DNA of 64,000 bases from an uncultured Actinomycetes bacterium (GTDB lineage: Bacteria > Actinomycetota > Thermoleophilia > RBG-16-64-13), in contig CAVPLM010000005.1 of the NCBI GenBank assembly GCA_963706025.1, positions 864,001 to 928,000 of the forward strand, given 5' to 3'. The notes below the pieces were generated by a model. It ran no database searches and had not been told where the DNA came from. It was given only the letters and a program-made list of their open reading frames with translations. The position numbers and the translations under genes are program-made. The first letter of the stretch is position 1, and each line of letters opens with the position of its first letter. Positions 43,250 through 53,268 of this stretch are shown here, piece by piece.

Positions 43250-46200
43250 ATGACACAGACCGACCCCCCATCCGGCAGCGGTCACGCCGGCGGCCGTCCA
43301 CCCAGCTCGAACGGAGGCCCGGAGGGCATGCCGCTCCAACGGTTCAACGTGCAGGGGATCCCGCCCAGTCACGACTACATCCGGCGGCCCGACACCGACC
43401 CCAAAGATGGCTGGGCCCGCGGACCCGCTGATCCCGGTCCTGCCCCCCGGCCTGGTCCCGTTCTTCAGCCGGGCGAGGCATCCACCCCGGCGGGTGAACG
43501 ATCCACTCCGGCAGACCCCGGCTCTGCCCGATCGGAGGCGCCGGGAGTACCTCCCTACGGCGGCATCCACAAGTTCGGCTACACCCGGCCGCTCAAGAAA
43601 CACGAGCAGCCAGCGGCCGCGGGCGCACCTGGGTCTGGCGCGACGGCCGGCACCGGCATCCCGGCTCACGCCCCGGTCGCCGCCGGCACTCCTGCTCCCG
43701 ACGCCTCCCCCGCTGTTTCGCCCGGCGTCTCTTCCTTCATCCACCTCCACGTGCACTCGAACTTCTCGTTCCTGGACGGCGGCAGCCGGATCGAGGAACT
43801 GGTCGCCCGCGCTGCTGAGTTGGGGCAGTCGGCTCTGGCCCTCACCGACCACGACGGCCTCTACGGCGCAGTCCGCTTCGCTAAAGCCTGCGCCAAGCGG
43901 GGCATCAAGCCCATCTTCGGGGCCGAGGTACGGGTGGAGTCGCTGCTCGCCGACAGCGGCCCCGAGGGAACAGTCGCGGCGCCGGCCGGCGTGGCAGGTA
44001 GCACCGCAGGCGCCGCGGCCGTGCCACATTCGCGCCCCGTCGACTCAGGCGCCGCCCCCGACGATCCTCACCATCTCGTGCTCCTCGCCGAGACCCGCGA
44101 GGGTTATGCCAACCTGTGCCGCCTCCTTTCCGCCGCCCATCTGGCCGATCCCGAACGCCAGCGCCCACCCGTCGTGACCCTCGAGTCGCTACGCGCTCAC
44201 ACCCACGGACTCATCTGCCTCACTGCCTGCCGTCACGGCGAGGTGGGCTACCTGGTCGACGCCGGCCGCCACGCCGACGCCCTCCACGCGCTCCTCCGCC
44301 TGCGCGAGATCTTCGGGCCCGATAACCTTTACGTAGAGCTTCAGTACTTCGGCTACGAACCTCACCAAGAGGCCCATGCCGGCCAGCACGGCTCTCCCGT
44401 GTATCAGAAGATCCCTGCCCACGGCGGCCGTCTCCGACATCGCCCCGCCGGCGATCATTGCACCAACTCGTCCGACCATCCGACGCCCAAGCCCTCGCCT
44501 CCGCCCTCCCTTCCGCCTCCCGCTCCTGGTTCAGGCCGAACGCATTCCTCAGTGCTTACCTCACCATTCCCTCTCGGTGCTACCACTGCCACCGAGTCCC
44601 ATTTTCTCCCTCTGCGCTATGATTGCATTGCAACCATAGTTGCAGAATGGCGGCCCTCTTTGCCTCCTAAATCTGTGGAAAACTCCTCGCGCCTCCCCCC
44701 GCTCGACCTCCGCCCCGATCTCCCTAAGGGCCACCCACAACGCCTCAATCCCTCGGACTATGATGTAGGGTTTCACCGAAACGGCCACCCCTGGCGTCTC
44801 TCCTGCCCCACCTACTGCCTCCACCTCACCCACCTCGCCCGCGCCTGCCACCTCCCCACCGTTCTCACCACAAACGCCCATTACGCAGGTGAATACGATC
44901 GCGCCGTCCATTTGATCTGTCGCGCCGCCGGCCACGATCAGCCTCTATCCAGCTACCCAGAGCCGATTCCCGGTTACAGGTGTTTAAAATCTTTATTCTC
45001 GCTTGAGACTTTAGTATCACCATTACTGAAGTTTCTCGATTTCTCTACTGAAGTAAGACCGGCCGCCGACGATTGCGCGGGAGTGCATATAGAACTAAAT
45101 GCAGAGACTATTGCGTATACGGAGGGCGGGCAAGAGGCCGGCACGCCCCCACCTTTAGCCGCAGCGATGTCCAGCGCAACTCCCGTGGGTCCCCTGGCAG
45201 CCCCCGCGCTCATCGCGCAGCGGTGCAACGTCGACCTCGAGCTGGGCGTCTTCCACTTCCCCAAGGTCGACGTCCCCGAGGGTGAGACCGCCTACTCGCT
45301 GCTCGCCAAGCGTTGCTTCCGAGGCATCGCCCGCCGCTACAGGCCGGTGCCCCCACGAGCCGTCGAGCTGCTCGAGAAGGAGCTCCGCATGATCCAGCAG
45401 ATGGACTTCGCCCACTACTTCCTGGTGGTGCACGATATAGTCAGGTGGGCCCACGCCAAGGGCGTGGCATGCAGCGGCCGGGGTAGCGCCGGCAACTCCA
45501 TCGTCTGCCACGCGCTCGACATCACCGCCTCCGAGCCCATCCGCCACAATCTGCTGTTCGAGCGCTTCCTCAATCCCAACCGCCGCGAGATGCCCGATAT
45601 CGACGTGGACTTCTGTTCCTCGCGCCGCGACGAGGTGATCGAGCACATCTACCAGACTTTCGGATCCGAGAACGTGGCCGTCGTGGCCAACGTCAACACC
45701 ATGTCGCCCCGCTCGGCGGTCCGTATCGTGGCCGAGGCCCTGGGCTTCGCCCCCACCGAGATCAACGCCCTGGCCAAGCACGTGCCCCGGCACGGGGACG
45801 CCGCCCGCATCCGCGAGTATCTGGCCGGCGCCTGGCCCGAACTGCGCGATTCGCCGCTGCAAGACGGCGCCCACCCTTCGCCGCTGCAGGACGGTGCTCC
45901 GCCGCAAGGCGCCCACGCCGTCGCCCCGGGGCAAGTTGGGGGGCGAAGCGCCCCGCCAGGCGCCCCGTCGCAGGGCGCTGCCCCGGGGCGCCCCGGCGGC
46001 CGCTACGCACGCTTCCTCGATCTGGTCGAGCGTCTCGACTCCTTTCCCCTGCACCTGGGCACTCACCTGGGGGGCTTCGTCATCGCCGACAGACCGATCT
46101 CTTTTTACGCCCCCCTCCAATGGGCCGCCAAAGGCGTCGTGGTCACCCAGTTCAACAAGGACGACGTCGCCGCCCTGGGCCTGGTCAAGATGGACATCCT

Positions 46201-48256
46201 CGGCCTTCGCACCCACTCGGCCGTCTCCGAGACCGTCCACCTCGTCCGGCAGCGCACCGGGCGCCGCATCCGTCCCTACGACCTCCCTCCCGACGACCCC
46301 GCCGCCTACGAGATCATCAGCAACGGGGGATCCATCGGGCTCTTCCAACTGGAGTCGGCCGGACAGCGCAACCTCGCCTCCCGCCTGCAAGAACGGGATT
46401 TCGACGACGTCATCGCCGCCATCGCCCTCTACCGTCCCGGTCCGCTGGAGGCCGAGATGATCGGGCCCTTCATCGACCGGCGCTGGGGTCTGGAGCCGGT
46501 CCGTCTCCCCCACCCCGCCATGGCCGAGGCGGTGGCCGACACCTACGGGGTCATCCTCTACCAGGAGCAGGTGCTCCGCATCGCCCAGTCGGTGGCCGGG
46601 TTCGACCTGGCCGACGCCGACTCCCTCCGCCGGGCCATGACCCGCGACCGCAGCCGGGAGGAGATGGCCAAGATCGGCGAGACCTTCATCGCCCGCGCCG
46701 TCTCCCGGGGAGTGCCGGAGGAGTCCGCCCGCGAAGTCTTCCGCCAGCTGGAGGGCTTCGCCGCCTACGGGTTCAACAAGAGCCACTCGGTGTGCTTCGC
46801 CGTCATCAGCTACGCGACGGCGTGGCTCAAGGCCTACTACCCGGCCGAGTTCCTGTGCGCCGTCCTCAACAACCAGCCCATGGGCTTCTACACCCCGCGC
46901 ACGGTGCTGAACGACGCCCGCCGCTTCGGGTTGGAGGTCCGGCCGCTGGATATCAACCTGTCGGGGCGTGGTTTCACGGTGGAGGATGAGATACCGCCTG
47001 ATGTGTGGGGCACCGGGGGTGAGTCAGACCTTCCGGGCGCGGGCGATGGGGCGACAAGTGACCCCGTGGGGGCCGTGAGAAACGTGGCGGCCACGCCTGC
47101 CGCCGGGGCGCCCGCCCCCTACGACCCCTTCGCTCAGGCCTGGACCGCCGAGCACGACTGGGGCCTCACCGAGGCCGATCTGGCCGAGCTACAGGCCGAG
47201 CAGGAAGGCGAGCAGGCCTATGCCGAGGCCCTGCGGGCGGCGCAGACACAGGTCGATGACTCTCACACGGCCGCGAACCTACATACGCCGGCTAAGGACA
47301 CCCGGTCTTCGGGGGCAAATCCTGGGGCCGTTTCGACCGGCAGCGCCGCCAACGGGGCGGCCAGTCCGGCACCAGGCGGTGAGCCGCCCCTGGACGGAGG
47401 CGTGGAGCCGGGCTCCTGCCTCGCCCCCAGTTGCGGCATCGCCCCGGATGCCGGCCGGGCCCTGCGGGTGGGGTTCTCCTACCTCAAGCAGATGGGCGAT
47501 CGCTCCCTGCACCGCATCGAGCAGGAACGCCGCCACGGCCCCTTTACATCCTTCGAGGACTTCTACCTCCGCACCCGCATCGACTACCCGGTGGCCGAAA
47601 ACCTCGTCCGGGTGGGCGCCTTCGACTCCCTGGAGCCCGACCGCACCGAACTGCTCTGGAGACTGCCTCTGCTGCACGATCGCCTGGAGGCGCTGGCCGG
47701 GTCGTCCGGAGGGAGGCGCGGCCAACTGCGGGCGTTCTTCTCCCCGCCCAGCCGCGCCGGCCTGGAGAGACACTGGAGCCTGGAGGACAAGGTCCGCTCC
47801 GAGCTCGAGCTCCTGGGGCTCACCGTGAGCTGCCATCCCTTGAAGCTCTACGAGGAGGAGCTCCGCCGGATGAGGGTGCGCATGAGCTACGAGCTCCCCG
47901 CCCTGGGAGACGAGGTGCCGGTCGTGGTGGCCGGAGTCTACGAGCGGGCCCAGAACCCCTGGATGCGCTCGGGGAAAAGGACCATGTTCCTCACCCTAGA
48001 GGACGCCTACGGCCTCTTCGAGTGCGTCTGCTTCGAGTCGAAGCTCGCCAAGATCGCTCCGGTGGTGGCCCGGGCCGGCTACTTCCTGGTCCGGGGCCGC
48101 CTGCAGAACAACCACAAGCGGGGCCTGGCCATCGTGGCCGAGGAGGTGCTGGATCTGGAGGAGGTCCTGGCGAGGAGGAGGGGCAAGCGGGCGCCGGCGC
48201 CGGAGGTTATTGCGCCGGGGGCGGGGACTACCGCGATACCGAAGAAGGTGGGGTGA
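43250..48256 (+). CDS. dnaE2: error-prone DNA polymerase III alpha subunit (DnaE2/ImuC-type) with large insertions
   Basis: HLHVHSNFSFLDG, TDHD, GRGSAGNS, FERFL, PDIDVDF, KMDILG, YGFNKSH, NNQPMGFY, FLTLED; SOS boxes upstream. Confidence 0.9.
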   Translation: MTQTDPPSGSGHAGGRPPSSNGGPEGMPLQRFNVQGIPPSHDYIRRPDTDPKDGWARGPADPGPAPRPGPVLQPGEASTPAGERSTPADPGSARSEAPGVPPYGGIHKFGYTRPLKKHEQPAAAGAPGSGATAGTGIPAHAPVAAGTPAPDASPAVSPGVSSFIHLHVHSNFSFLDGGSRIEELVARAAELGQSALALTDHDGLYGAVRFAKACAKRGIKPIFGAEVRVESLLADSGPEGTVAAPAGVAGSTAGAAAVPHSRPVDSGAAPDDPHHLVLLAETREGYANLCRLLSAAHLADPERQRPPVVTLESLRAHTHGLICLTACRHGEVGYLVDAGRHADALHALLRLREIFGPDNLYVELQYFGYEPHQEAHAGQHGSPVYQKIPAHGGRLRHRPAGDHCTNSSDHPTPKPSPPPSLPPPAPGSGRTHSSVLTSPFPLGATTATESHFLPLRYDCIATIVAEWRPSLPPKSVENSSRLPPLDLRPDLPKGHPQRLNPSDYDVGFHRNGHPWRLSCPTYCLHLTHLARACHLPTVLTTNAHYAGEYDRAVHLICRAAGHDQPLSSYPEPIPGYRCLKSLFSLETLVSPLLKFLDFSTEVRPAADDCAGVHIELNAETIAYTEGGQEAGTPPPLAAAMSSATPVGPLAAPALIAQRCNVDLELGVFHFPKVDVPEGETAYSLLAKRCFRGIARRYRPVPPRAVELLEKELRMIQQMDFAHYFLVVHDIVRWAHAKGVACSGRGSAGNSIVCHALDITASEPIRHNLLFERFLNPNRREMPDIDVDFCSSRRDEVIEHIYQTFGSENVAVVANVNTMSPRSAVRIVAEALGFAPTEINALAKHVPRHGDAARIREYLAGAWPELRDSPLQDGAHPSPLQDGAPPQGAHAVAPGQVGGRSAPPGAPSQGAAPGRPGGRYARFLDLVERLDSFPLHLGTHLGGFVIADRPISFYAPLQWAAKGVVVTQFNKDDVAALGLVKMDILGLRTHSAVSETVHLVRQRTGRRIRPYDLPPDDPAAYEIISNGGSIGLFQLESAGQRNLASRLQERDFDDVIAAIALYRPGPLEAEMIGPFIDRRWGLEPVRLPHPAMAEAVADTYGVILYQEQVLRIAQSVAGFDLADADSLRRAMTRDRSREEMAKIGETFIARAVSRGVPEESAREVFRQLEGFAAYGFNKSHSVCFAVISYATAWLKAYYPAEFLCAVLNNQPMGFYTPRTVLNDARRFGLEVRPLDINLSGRGFTVEDEIPPDVWGTGGESDLPGAGDGATSDPVGAVRNVAATPAAGAPAPYDPFAQAWTAEHDWGLTEADLAELQAEQEGEQAYAEALRAAQTQVDDSHTAANLHTPAKDTRSSGANPGAVSTGSAANGAASPAPGGEPPLDGGVEPGSCLAPSCGIAPDAGRALRVGFSYLKQMGDRSLHRIEQERRHGPFTSFEDFYLRTRIDYPVAENLVRVGAFDSLEPDRTELLWRLPLLHDRLEALAGSSGGRRGQLRAFFSPPSRAGLERHWSLEDKVRSELELLGLTVSCHPLKLYEEELRRMRVRMSYELPALGDEVPVVVAGVYERAQNPWMRSGKRTMFLTLEDAYGLFECVCFESKLAKIAPVVARAGYFLVRGRLQNNHKRGLAIVAEEVLDLEEVLARRRGKRAPAPEVIAPGAGTTAIPKKVG

Positions 48257-48317
48257 GAGCCCAGAACGGTCGGAACCAATCGTCCCCGCAACCCTGGGGT
48301 GAATCGCGTCCCCTCGC

Positions 48318-49367
48318 CTAGCGATCACCCTCAGTGCCGATGAGCAAGTGCATCACGATGTGGACTAAGACGTCCTTTTCCTCGGGACGGCTCTCGGCCA
48401 TCATGAGGGTCAGAGCGACCAACGCGGCGTCTGACACGCGTGGAATAGCGTCGGGTCCGGCCAAGACGCCGTTTCGCTCCAGGAACCACAAGAAGAGGGC
48501 GGCGGCTATCCGCTTGTTGCCATCGACAAAGGGGTGGTCCTTGACGAGGAAGTAGAGCAGGTTTGCAGCCTTCTCTTCGAGACTCGGGTACAAGTCCTGG
48601 CTCCCAAAGGTCTGAACGACCGCGTTCAATGCGCCCCGAAGCGCCTCCCCTCTCTCCACGCCGAACAATCCCGAACCACCAAATCGAGAGCGTAGCCGAC
48701 CCACAACCTGTAGAGCATCACTGTGAGTGAGGACGTAGCGCACCTCGCGGACAGAGGTGGGCTTGGTGATGCGCTGATGATCGTAGTCGTCCAGGAGGCC
48801 GAAAGCGCGGTTGTACTCGCCAACGATCGCTAAGAGAGCCTGTGCCTCATCTCCGCCAAGGTCGACCCGGACAGAGGTGTCGGCGATCAGGCGCACCGTT
48901 TGGTTGAGGTCGCGCAGTCTCTTTTGGTTCAGCGTGTAGCCCCGTACGATATGGTCGCGGATGACCCCCGTAGCCCAGATGCGAAACTGTGTGCCCCGCT
49001 TTGAATTCACCCGGTAGCCGATGGAGATGATGGCATCGAGAGCGTAGAAAGCGACAGGCCGATCAGCACCAGCAATGTGCATTTTTTGCACATTGCCTTC
49101 CCGCTCCAGCTCACCTGATGCAAACACGTTGTTCAGGTGCTTGGTAATCACACTGCGCTCGGTGCCAAAAAGCTCTGACATCTGCTTCTGCGTCAGCCAG
49201 ATGTTCTCGCGCTCCAGACGAACGTCCAGAGTGACCGTCCCGTCGGGGGCGACGTAGAGTACTACTTCGCCGGCAGGCGTCCCCTTGGAGATAGCCTCGG
49301 GCTGGAGGGACGCAGCCTCTCCGATGCCTGCCGTATCTGCCCGCTCCGTCGTCCTGTCATCACCCAT
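48318..49367 (-). CDS. RhuM N-terminal + Fic/Doc domain protein
   Basis: WLTQKQMSELF, IGYRVNSKRGTQFRIWAT; HPFVDGNKR. Confidence 0.92.
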   Translation of the reverse strand: MGDDRTTERADTAGIGEAASLQPEAISKGTPAGEVVLYVAPDGTVTLDVRLERENIWLTQKQMSELFGTERSVITKHLNNVFASGELEREGNVQKMHIAGADRPVAFYALDAIISIGYRVNSKRGTQFRIWATGVIRDHIVRGYTLNQKRLRDLNQTVRLIADTSVRVDLGGDEAQALLAIVGEYNRAFGLLDDYDHQRITKPTSVREVRYVLTHSDALQVVGRLRSRFGGSGLFGVERGEALRGALNAVVQTFGSQDLYPSLEEKAANLLYFLVKDHPFVDGNKRIAAALFLWFLERNGVLAGPDAIPRVSDAALVALTLMMAESRPEEKDVLVHIVMHLLIGTEGDR

Positions 49368-49409
49368 GGCTCTCCCCCGTTCGGTGTCCCCCGCGAAGAC
49401 GTCCGCCTC

Positions 49410-49439
49410 CCGATAATGCCAACTCCGACAATGCCAACT
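49410..49439 (+). repeat. 15-bp tandem repeat upstream of rhuM-fic
   Basis: ccgataatgccaact ccgacaatgccaact. Confidence 0.7.
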
Positions 49440-49549
49440 CTATAAGGGTAGCGCATGAGTCGGACGCTTCCGAACCATCATCGCAAACCGCCACGTGATG
49501 AGCATCGGACCGAAGGTGGAGATTGGCCCACAGCCTCCGCCACGGCCCC

Positions 49550-49825
49550 GGTGCTGGCCAGGAGGCGGGGGAAGCGGGCGCCGGCGCCGGCCGGGGGCGA
49601 CGGGCGATCGAGAACCGGACACCCGGAAGCCGTGCAACCGGCCAACAACCGTGAGGCACGAGTTAGTCAGAAACCCGCAGCCCCGGCGGGAGATGCCGCA
49701 GATTCCGGACGCCGTCGAGCTGCGCAGACGCCGGGAAGAGGAGACCTACGGGGAAGGCTCGGCCTCAGCCAAGAAGCGGCCGCCCGGGCGCAGGGACGAG
49801 GGCCATTCCAAGAAAGGTGGGGTGA
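49550..49825 (+). pseudogene. displaced dnaE2 3'-end fragment (copy 2)
   Basis: Encodes VLARRRGKRAPAP...PDAVELRRRREEETYGEGSASAKKRPPG...KVG*, matching the dnaE2 end and copy 3. Confidence 0.85.
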
Positions 49826-49870
49826 AGACTCAGGTCTTGCCCCGGAGGAGGTGAACACCGCGCTCCGTCG

Positions 49871-50242
49871 CTAGCCGCCGATGGGAAGCCGCCGAATCCT
49901 GATCCTTGAATGCTCAAAGACCACGACACTCCCTTGGGCAAGTTCCTCCGCGATCGAATCTAGATTGTTGAGAAGAAGAGCAAGCTGAGCTTCGGGGCGC
50001 CTGTTGATTCCACGCCTAAGAAGGATGACCGAAGGTTTCGGTCGGCCTAACAAGGCGAGCAGCGTGCCGAAATCAGTGTCTGCCGAAACCAGGATCCTGT
50101 CTTCTTTCTCGGCAAAGGCGAACACCTCATTGTCGCTCGCCGACTGCATACCAAAGTCGCGCACGTGAACGGAGTCATGTCCGACCAGGCTCAGACCGAC
50201 AGCGACACGAGACGAAATCGCGTTGTCCACGAGGAACTTCAG
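49871..50242 (-). CDS. DUF5615 PIN-like toxin (VapC45-like)
   Basis: [25 protein letters not shown]; probable CTG start overlapping the upstream stop. Confidence 0.85.
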   Translation of the reverse strand: MKFLVDNAISSRVAVGLSLVGHDSVHVRDFGMQSASDNEVFAFAEKEDRILVSADTDFGTLLALLGRPKPSVILLRRGINRRPEAQLALLLNNLDSIAEELAQGSVVVFEHSRIRIRRLPIGG

Positions 50243-50469
50243 GAAGCCACCCGAAGCGGGAGTTCTCTCTCACGAACGCTCTCGGCCGCATAGTGAAGCG
50301 CCTGTTCAATGTCCTCGGGCTCCAAATCAGGGTAGCCATCGATGATCTCGCCGGTCGTCATACCTTCGGCCACCATATCGACCACTGTGGCCACAGGAAT
50401 CCGAAGTCCGCGTATGCAGGGCACCCCTCCCATTTGCTCGGGATCGGTGGTTATGCGTTCGAACCTCAT
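50239..50469 (-). CDS. DUF433 antitoxin
   Basis: [33 protein letters not shown]. Confidence 0.92.
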   Translation of the reverse strand: MRFERITTDPEQMGGVPCIRGLRIPVATVVDMVAEGMTTGEIIDGYPDLEPEDIEQALHYAAESVRERELPLRVAS

Positions 50470-50754
50470 CGAATGTCCACCTCCACGCATCCATGCCGAA
50501 ACTCGCTCGCTAGCCAACAGTATAGCCTGGCCCGTGAACCTCCTACCGATCGGCTCGCCACCAGCCGACTGGCAGAACGGCACCGAGTTTCGAGTACACG
50601 TCTAGGTACATCTTGGCATCGGCGCCGCGCTTGACCCTCAATTCATATGGAATGAGTACTTTGCCACGAGACCCCGGCTTGTTAGTCCGACCAAAGATGG
50701 AGCTTGGCGGATTGGACCTGACCTTGCAGCCCGATGCCCACCTAATCCCGATTG

Positions 50755-53268
50755 TCATCCCACCTCATACCCCATGGCTCGATAGCCTCGCAGCCGACGC
50801 TCGTGCATGCGGGCCAGAACCGGCACGTCAAGGTCGGCATAGTCGTAGATCAGCACCTCCGTCTTGCCTTCATCCAGACGGTGGAGACGTCCGGCGTACT
50901 GCACCAGAGTCCCCCGCCAGGAGATGGGCAGAGCAAGAAACAGGGTGTCCAGGCGGGGGTCATCGAAGCCCTCGCCCAAGTAGCGGCCGGTGGCAACCAG
51001 TACGCGCTCCTCACTCGAGGGAATGTCCACCAGCCGTGCAGCGATCTCCCGGCGACGCTTCGCTCCCATGCCCCCATGCAGCGCGATCACGTTGGTCACG
51101 TGCGGCTGGAGCGCCGCGACCAGGACCTGCAGATGCTCCCGGCGTTCGGTCAACACAACAGGGGATCGTCCGCTTCTGACCGCAGCGACCACGTCTTCCA
51201 CCATGAGACTGTTCCGACCATCGTCGGCCGCCAGCGCCGAATACAGCTCCTGGATGCCCGGGACGGCAGTCGCGGGCGCAGTGCCTGGACCCGGCTGAGG
51301 ATGAGTGAATCCGGTGCGCCGTACGATCACTCGATGCCCAAAGGGTCTCTCTTCCGCCTGCTTTCGAGGATCGACCTGGAAACGGATGGGACCGCACTGC
51401 ATGAAGAGAATGGGATGGTGGCCGTCCTTTCGCGTCGGCGTCGCGGAGAGCCCGAGCACGTAGCGCGCGTGAGCGGTCTTCGCCACTTGCTCGAACGTCC
51501 CGGCCGGTACATGGTGGCATTCATCCACGATCAGTTGCCCGTAGCCTGCCACCAACTCGTCCACCTGGCCCCGACGGCCCAGGCTCTGAAGCAGGGCCAC
51601 GTCGATCACTCCCCCGGGCCTGCGCTTGCCGGCCCCGATCTGACCGATCTGGTTGGGATCTATGCCGAGGAACGCCGCCAGCCGTGCTTTCCACTGGTCC
51701 AGTAGCTGCTGACGGTGCACCAACACCAGCGTGTTTACCTTGCGCGCCGCGATCATGTGCGCGGCGACCACCGTCTTGCCGAACGCAGTTCCCGCCGACA
51801 GAACCCCGGTGTCGTGTGCCAGCATGGTCTCTGCGGCTTCTTCCTGATCGGGACGAAGCCTGCCCTGAAACTCGACGTCGATCGATCGGCCCTGAAAACG
51901 TTCGTCCGTCAGATCCAGGTGTACGCCTAACTCGGTCAGCAGCCCCTCCAGCTCCGCAAGGCAACCGCGAGGAAGAGCGATATGCTTGGGGAAATCCTCG
52001 GCGCACCCGATGACGCGAGCATGCCCGAACACAGGCAGGTGCATGGCCTGCGCACGGTAGAACTCGGGATTCTGGAAGGCACCCAGACGGATGATCCGAT
52101 TTCTTAGGGCCGGCGATAGGTGCTCTTTGGGGATGTAGACTTGATTCGCAAGCACGACCGTCAATGATTGGGGCAGGTCGGCAAGAAGCCCCGCCTTTCC
52201 CACTCCCGGGATGCGGGCGGAGACCCTCGACAGCCGCCAGGGCTCATCCGGCCACTCCTCCTCCGGCACGACTCGCACCCCCATGATCTGGTCCCGAGCC
52301 TCGGCCTCGGCAATCAAGGCCTCTAGCCGCTCGTGTGGCACCCGTTCGCACGAAGACAGGTAGGCGAACTGATCGTCATGGGGGACGAGACGGTCGTTGA
52401 GGAAGACCGTATTCCCCTGATCCCGCGCCCGCCGTTGGAGAGGCAGGGCTATGAGGTTCCCGAAGCCACCCAGAGGCAGAGTGTCTTGGCTCGGGAACAG
52501 GCGGTCGTACGAAGCCAGACCGATTTCCGGACGCGACTCCATGGCCCGGGTCAGGAGCAACGATCCCAGCTTTCGCGCCGACGCCGCAGGAGCGGGCTCT
52601 GCAAGGAAGACCCACAGGTGAGCGCCATTCCCGGAGCGGGACCGTTCCAGGGCGCCCGATATCCCCAACTCGCGACAGGTGGCGAGCAGAGCCGCGGCGT
52701 CGTCCTGCCAGTCCGCGCCATCAAGATCGATGGCCACGAGCCAGCAGGTCTCATCAGGCAGGAGTGGATAGATACCCACGACGAACTCGCGGTCGACGCT
52801 GCTCTCCAGACAACCACGCAGATGATCGTGGAGAACTTCGGGAGTAAGCGGCAAGAAATCACGATTAGGGCACGCGGCGCAACGGGTGCGGCGCTTGTCG
52901 CACAGGCCTCTCACCCATTCGCTGCTGCACGCGGGCTGGAAACCCGAACGGTCGGAGCGTTGATTCTCCCAGCGGCGGGCATACACGTCGGTTCGTCCGC
53001 GAAAGAGGCCGGCAAAGAGGGCGACCTTCTCCGCGGCGGACGAGTGACGCGTTACAGGTCCAGGGCGCGAGAGGCTGCGCAGGGGCGCCGGAGGTGAGGC
53101 TCCGGAAGCGGTGCCGATCTCGCGAGGTGAAACTGCCCGGTCGAGGTGCGCGTCGGCCCGCAGGTTTCGGGCCCGATCCAGAAGCTCCGCCCGCTCGCGT
53201 TCAAGAGCGGTTACACGTGCCTCGATGGCCGCCAGTTCGGCGGCTTTGTCCAGGGAGGAATTGTTCAT
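50755..53268 (-). CDS. TOTE-type archaeo-eukaryotic primase fused to an SF2 DEAD/DEAH helicase
   Basis: LFRGR.DVYA.RW, Cys cluster, IDLD, ERSRSGNGAHLW, YDRLFPSQD; TAFGKT, DECHH, LSAT, QYAGRLHR. Confidence 0.88.
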   Translation of the reverse strand: MNNSSLDKAAELAAIEARVTALERERAELLDRARNLRADAHLDRAVSPREIGTASGASPPAPLRSLSRPGPVTRHSSAAEKVALFAGLFRGRTDVYARRWENQRSDRSGFQPACSSEWVRGLCDKRRTRCAACPNRDFLPLTPEVLHDHLRGCLESSVDREFVVGIYPLLPDETCWLVAIDLDGADWQDDAAALLATCRELGISGALERSRSGNGAHLWVFLAEPAPAASARKLGSLLLTRAMESRPEIGLASYDRLFPSQDTLPLGGFGNLIALPLQRRARDQGNTVFLNDRLVPHDDQFAYLSSCERVPHERLEALIAEAEARDQIMGVRVVPEEEWPDEPWRLSRVSARIPGVGKAGLLADLPQSLTVVLANQVYIPKEHLSPALRNRIIRLGAFQNPEFYRAQAMHLPVFGHARVIGCAEDFPKHIALPRGCLAELEGLLTELGVHLDLTDERFQGRSIDVEFQGRLRPDQEEAAETMLAHDTGVLSAGTAFGKTVVAAHMIAARKVNTLVLVHRQQLLDQWKARLAAFLGIDPNQIGQIGAGKRRPGGVIDVALLQSLGRRGQVDELVAGYGQLIVDECHHVPAGTFEQVAKTAHARYVLGLSATPTRKDGHHPILFMQCGPIRFQVDPRKQAEERPFGHRVIVRRTGFTHPQPGPGTAPATAVPGIQELYSALAADDGRNSLMVEDVVAAVRSGRSPVVLTERREHLQVLVAALQPHVTNVIALHGGMGAKRRREIAARLVDIPSSEERVLVATGRYLGEGFDDPRLDTLFLALPISWRGTLVQYAGRLHRLDEGKTEVLIYDYADLDVPVLARMHERRLRGYRAMGYEVG

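Noticed and set aside
44674-44682. TGTGGAAAA DnaA-box-like 9-mer near an AT-rich patch as oriC
   Set aside because: A single imperfect box, with no box cluster and no dnaA/dnaN context
43945-47455. DnaE2 insertions as inteins or introns
   Set aside because: No C/S...HN-C/S/T splice junctions or LAGLIDADG motifs; the inserts are low-complexity
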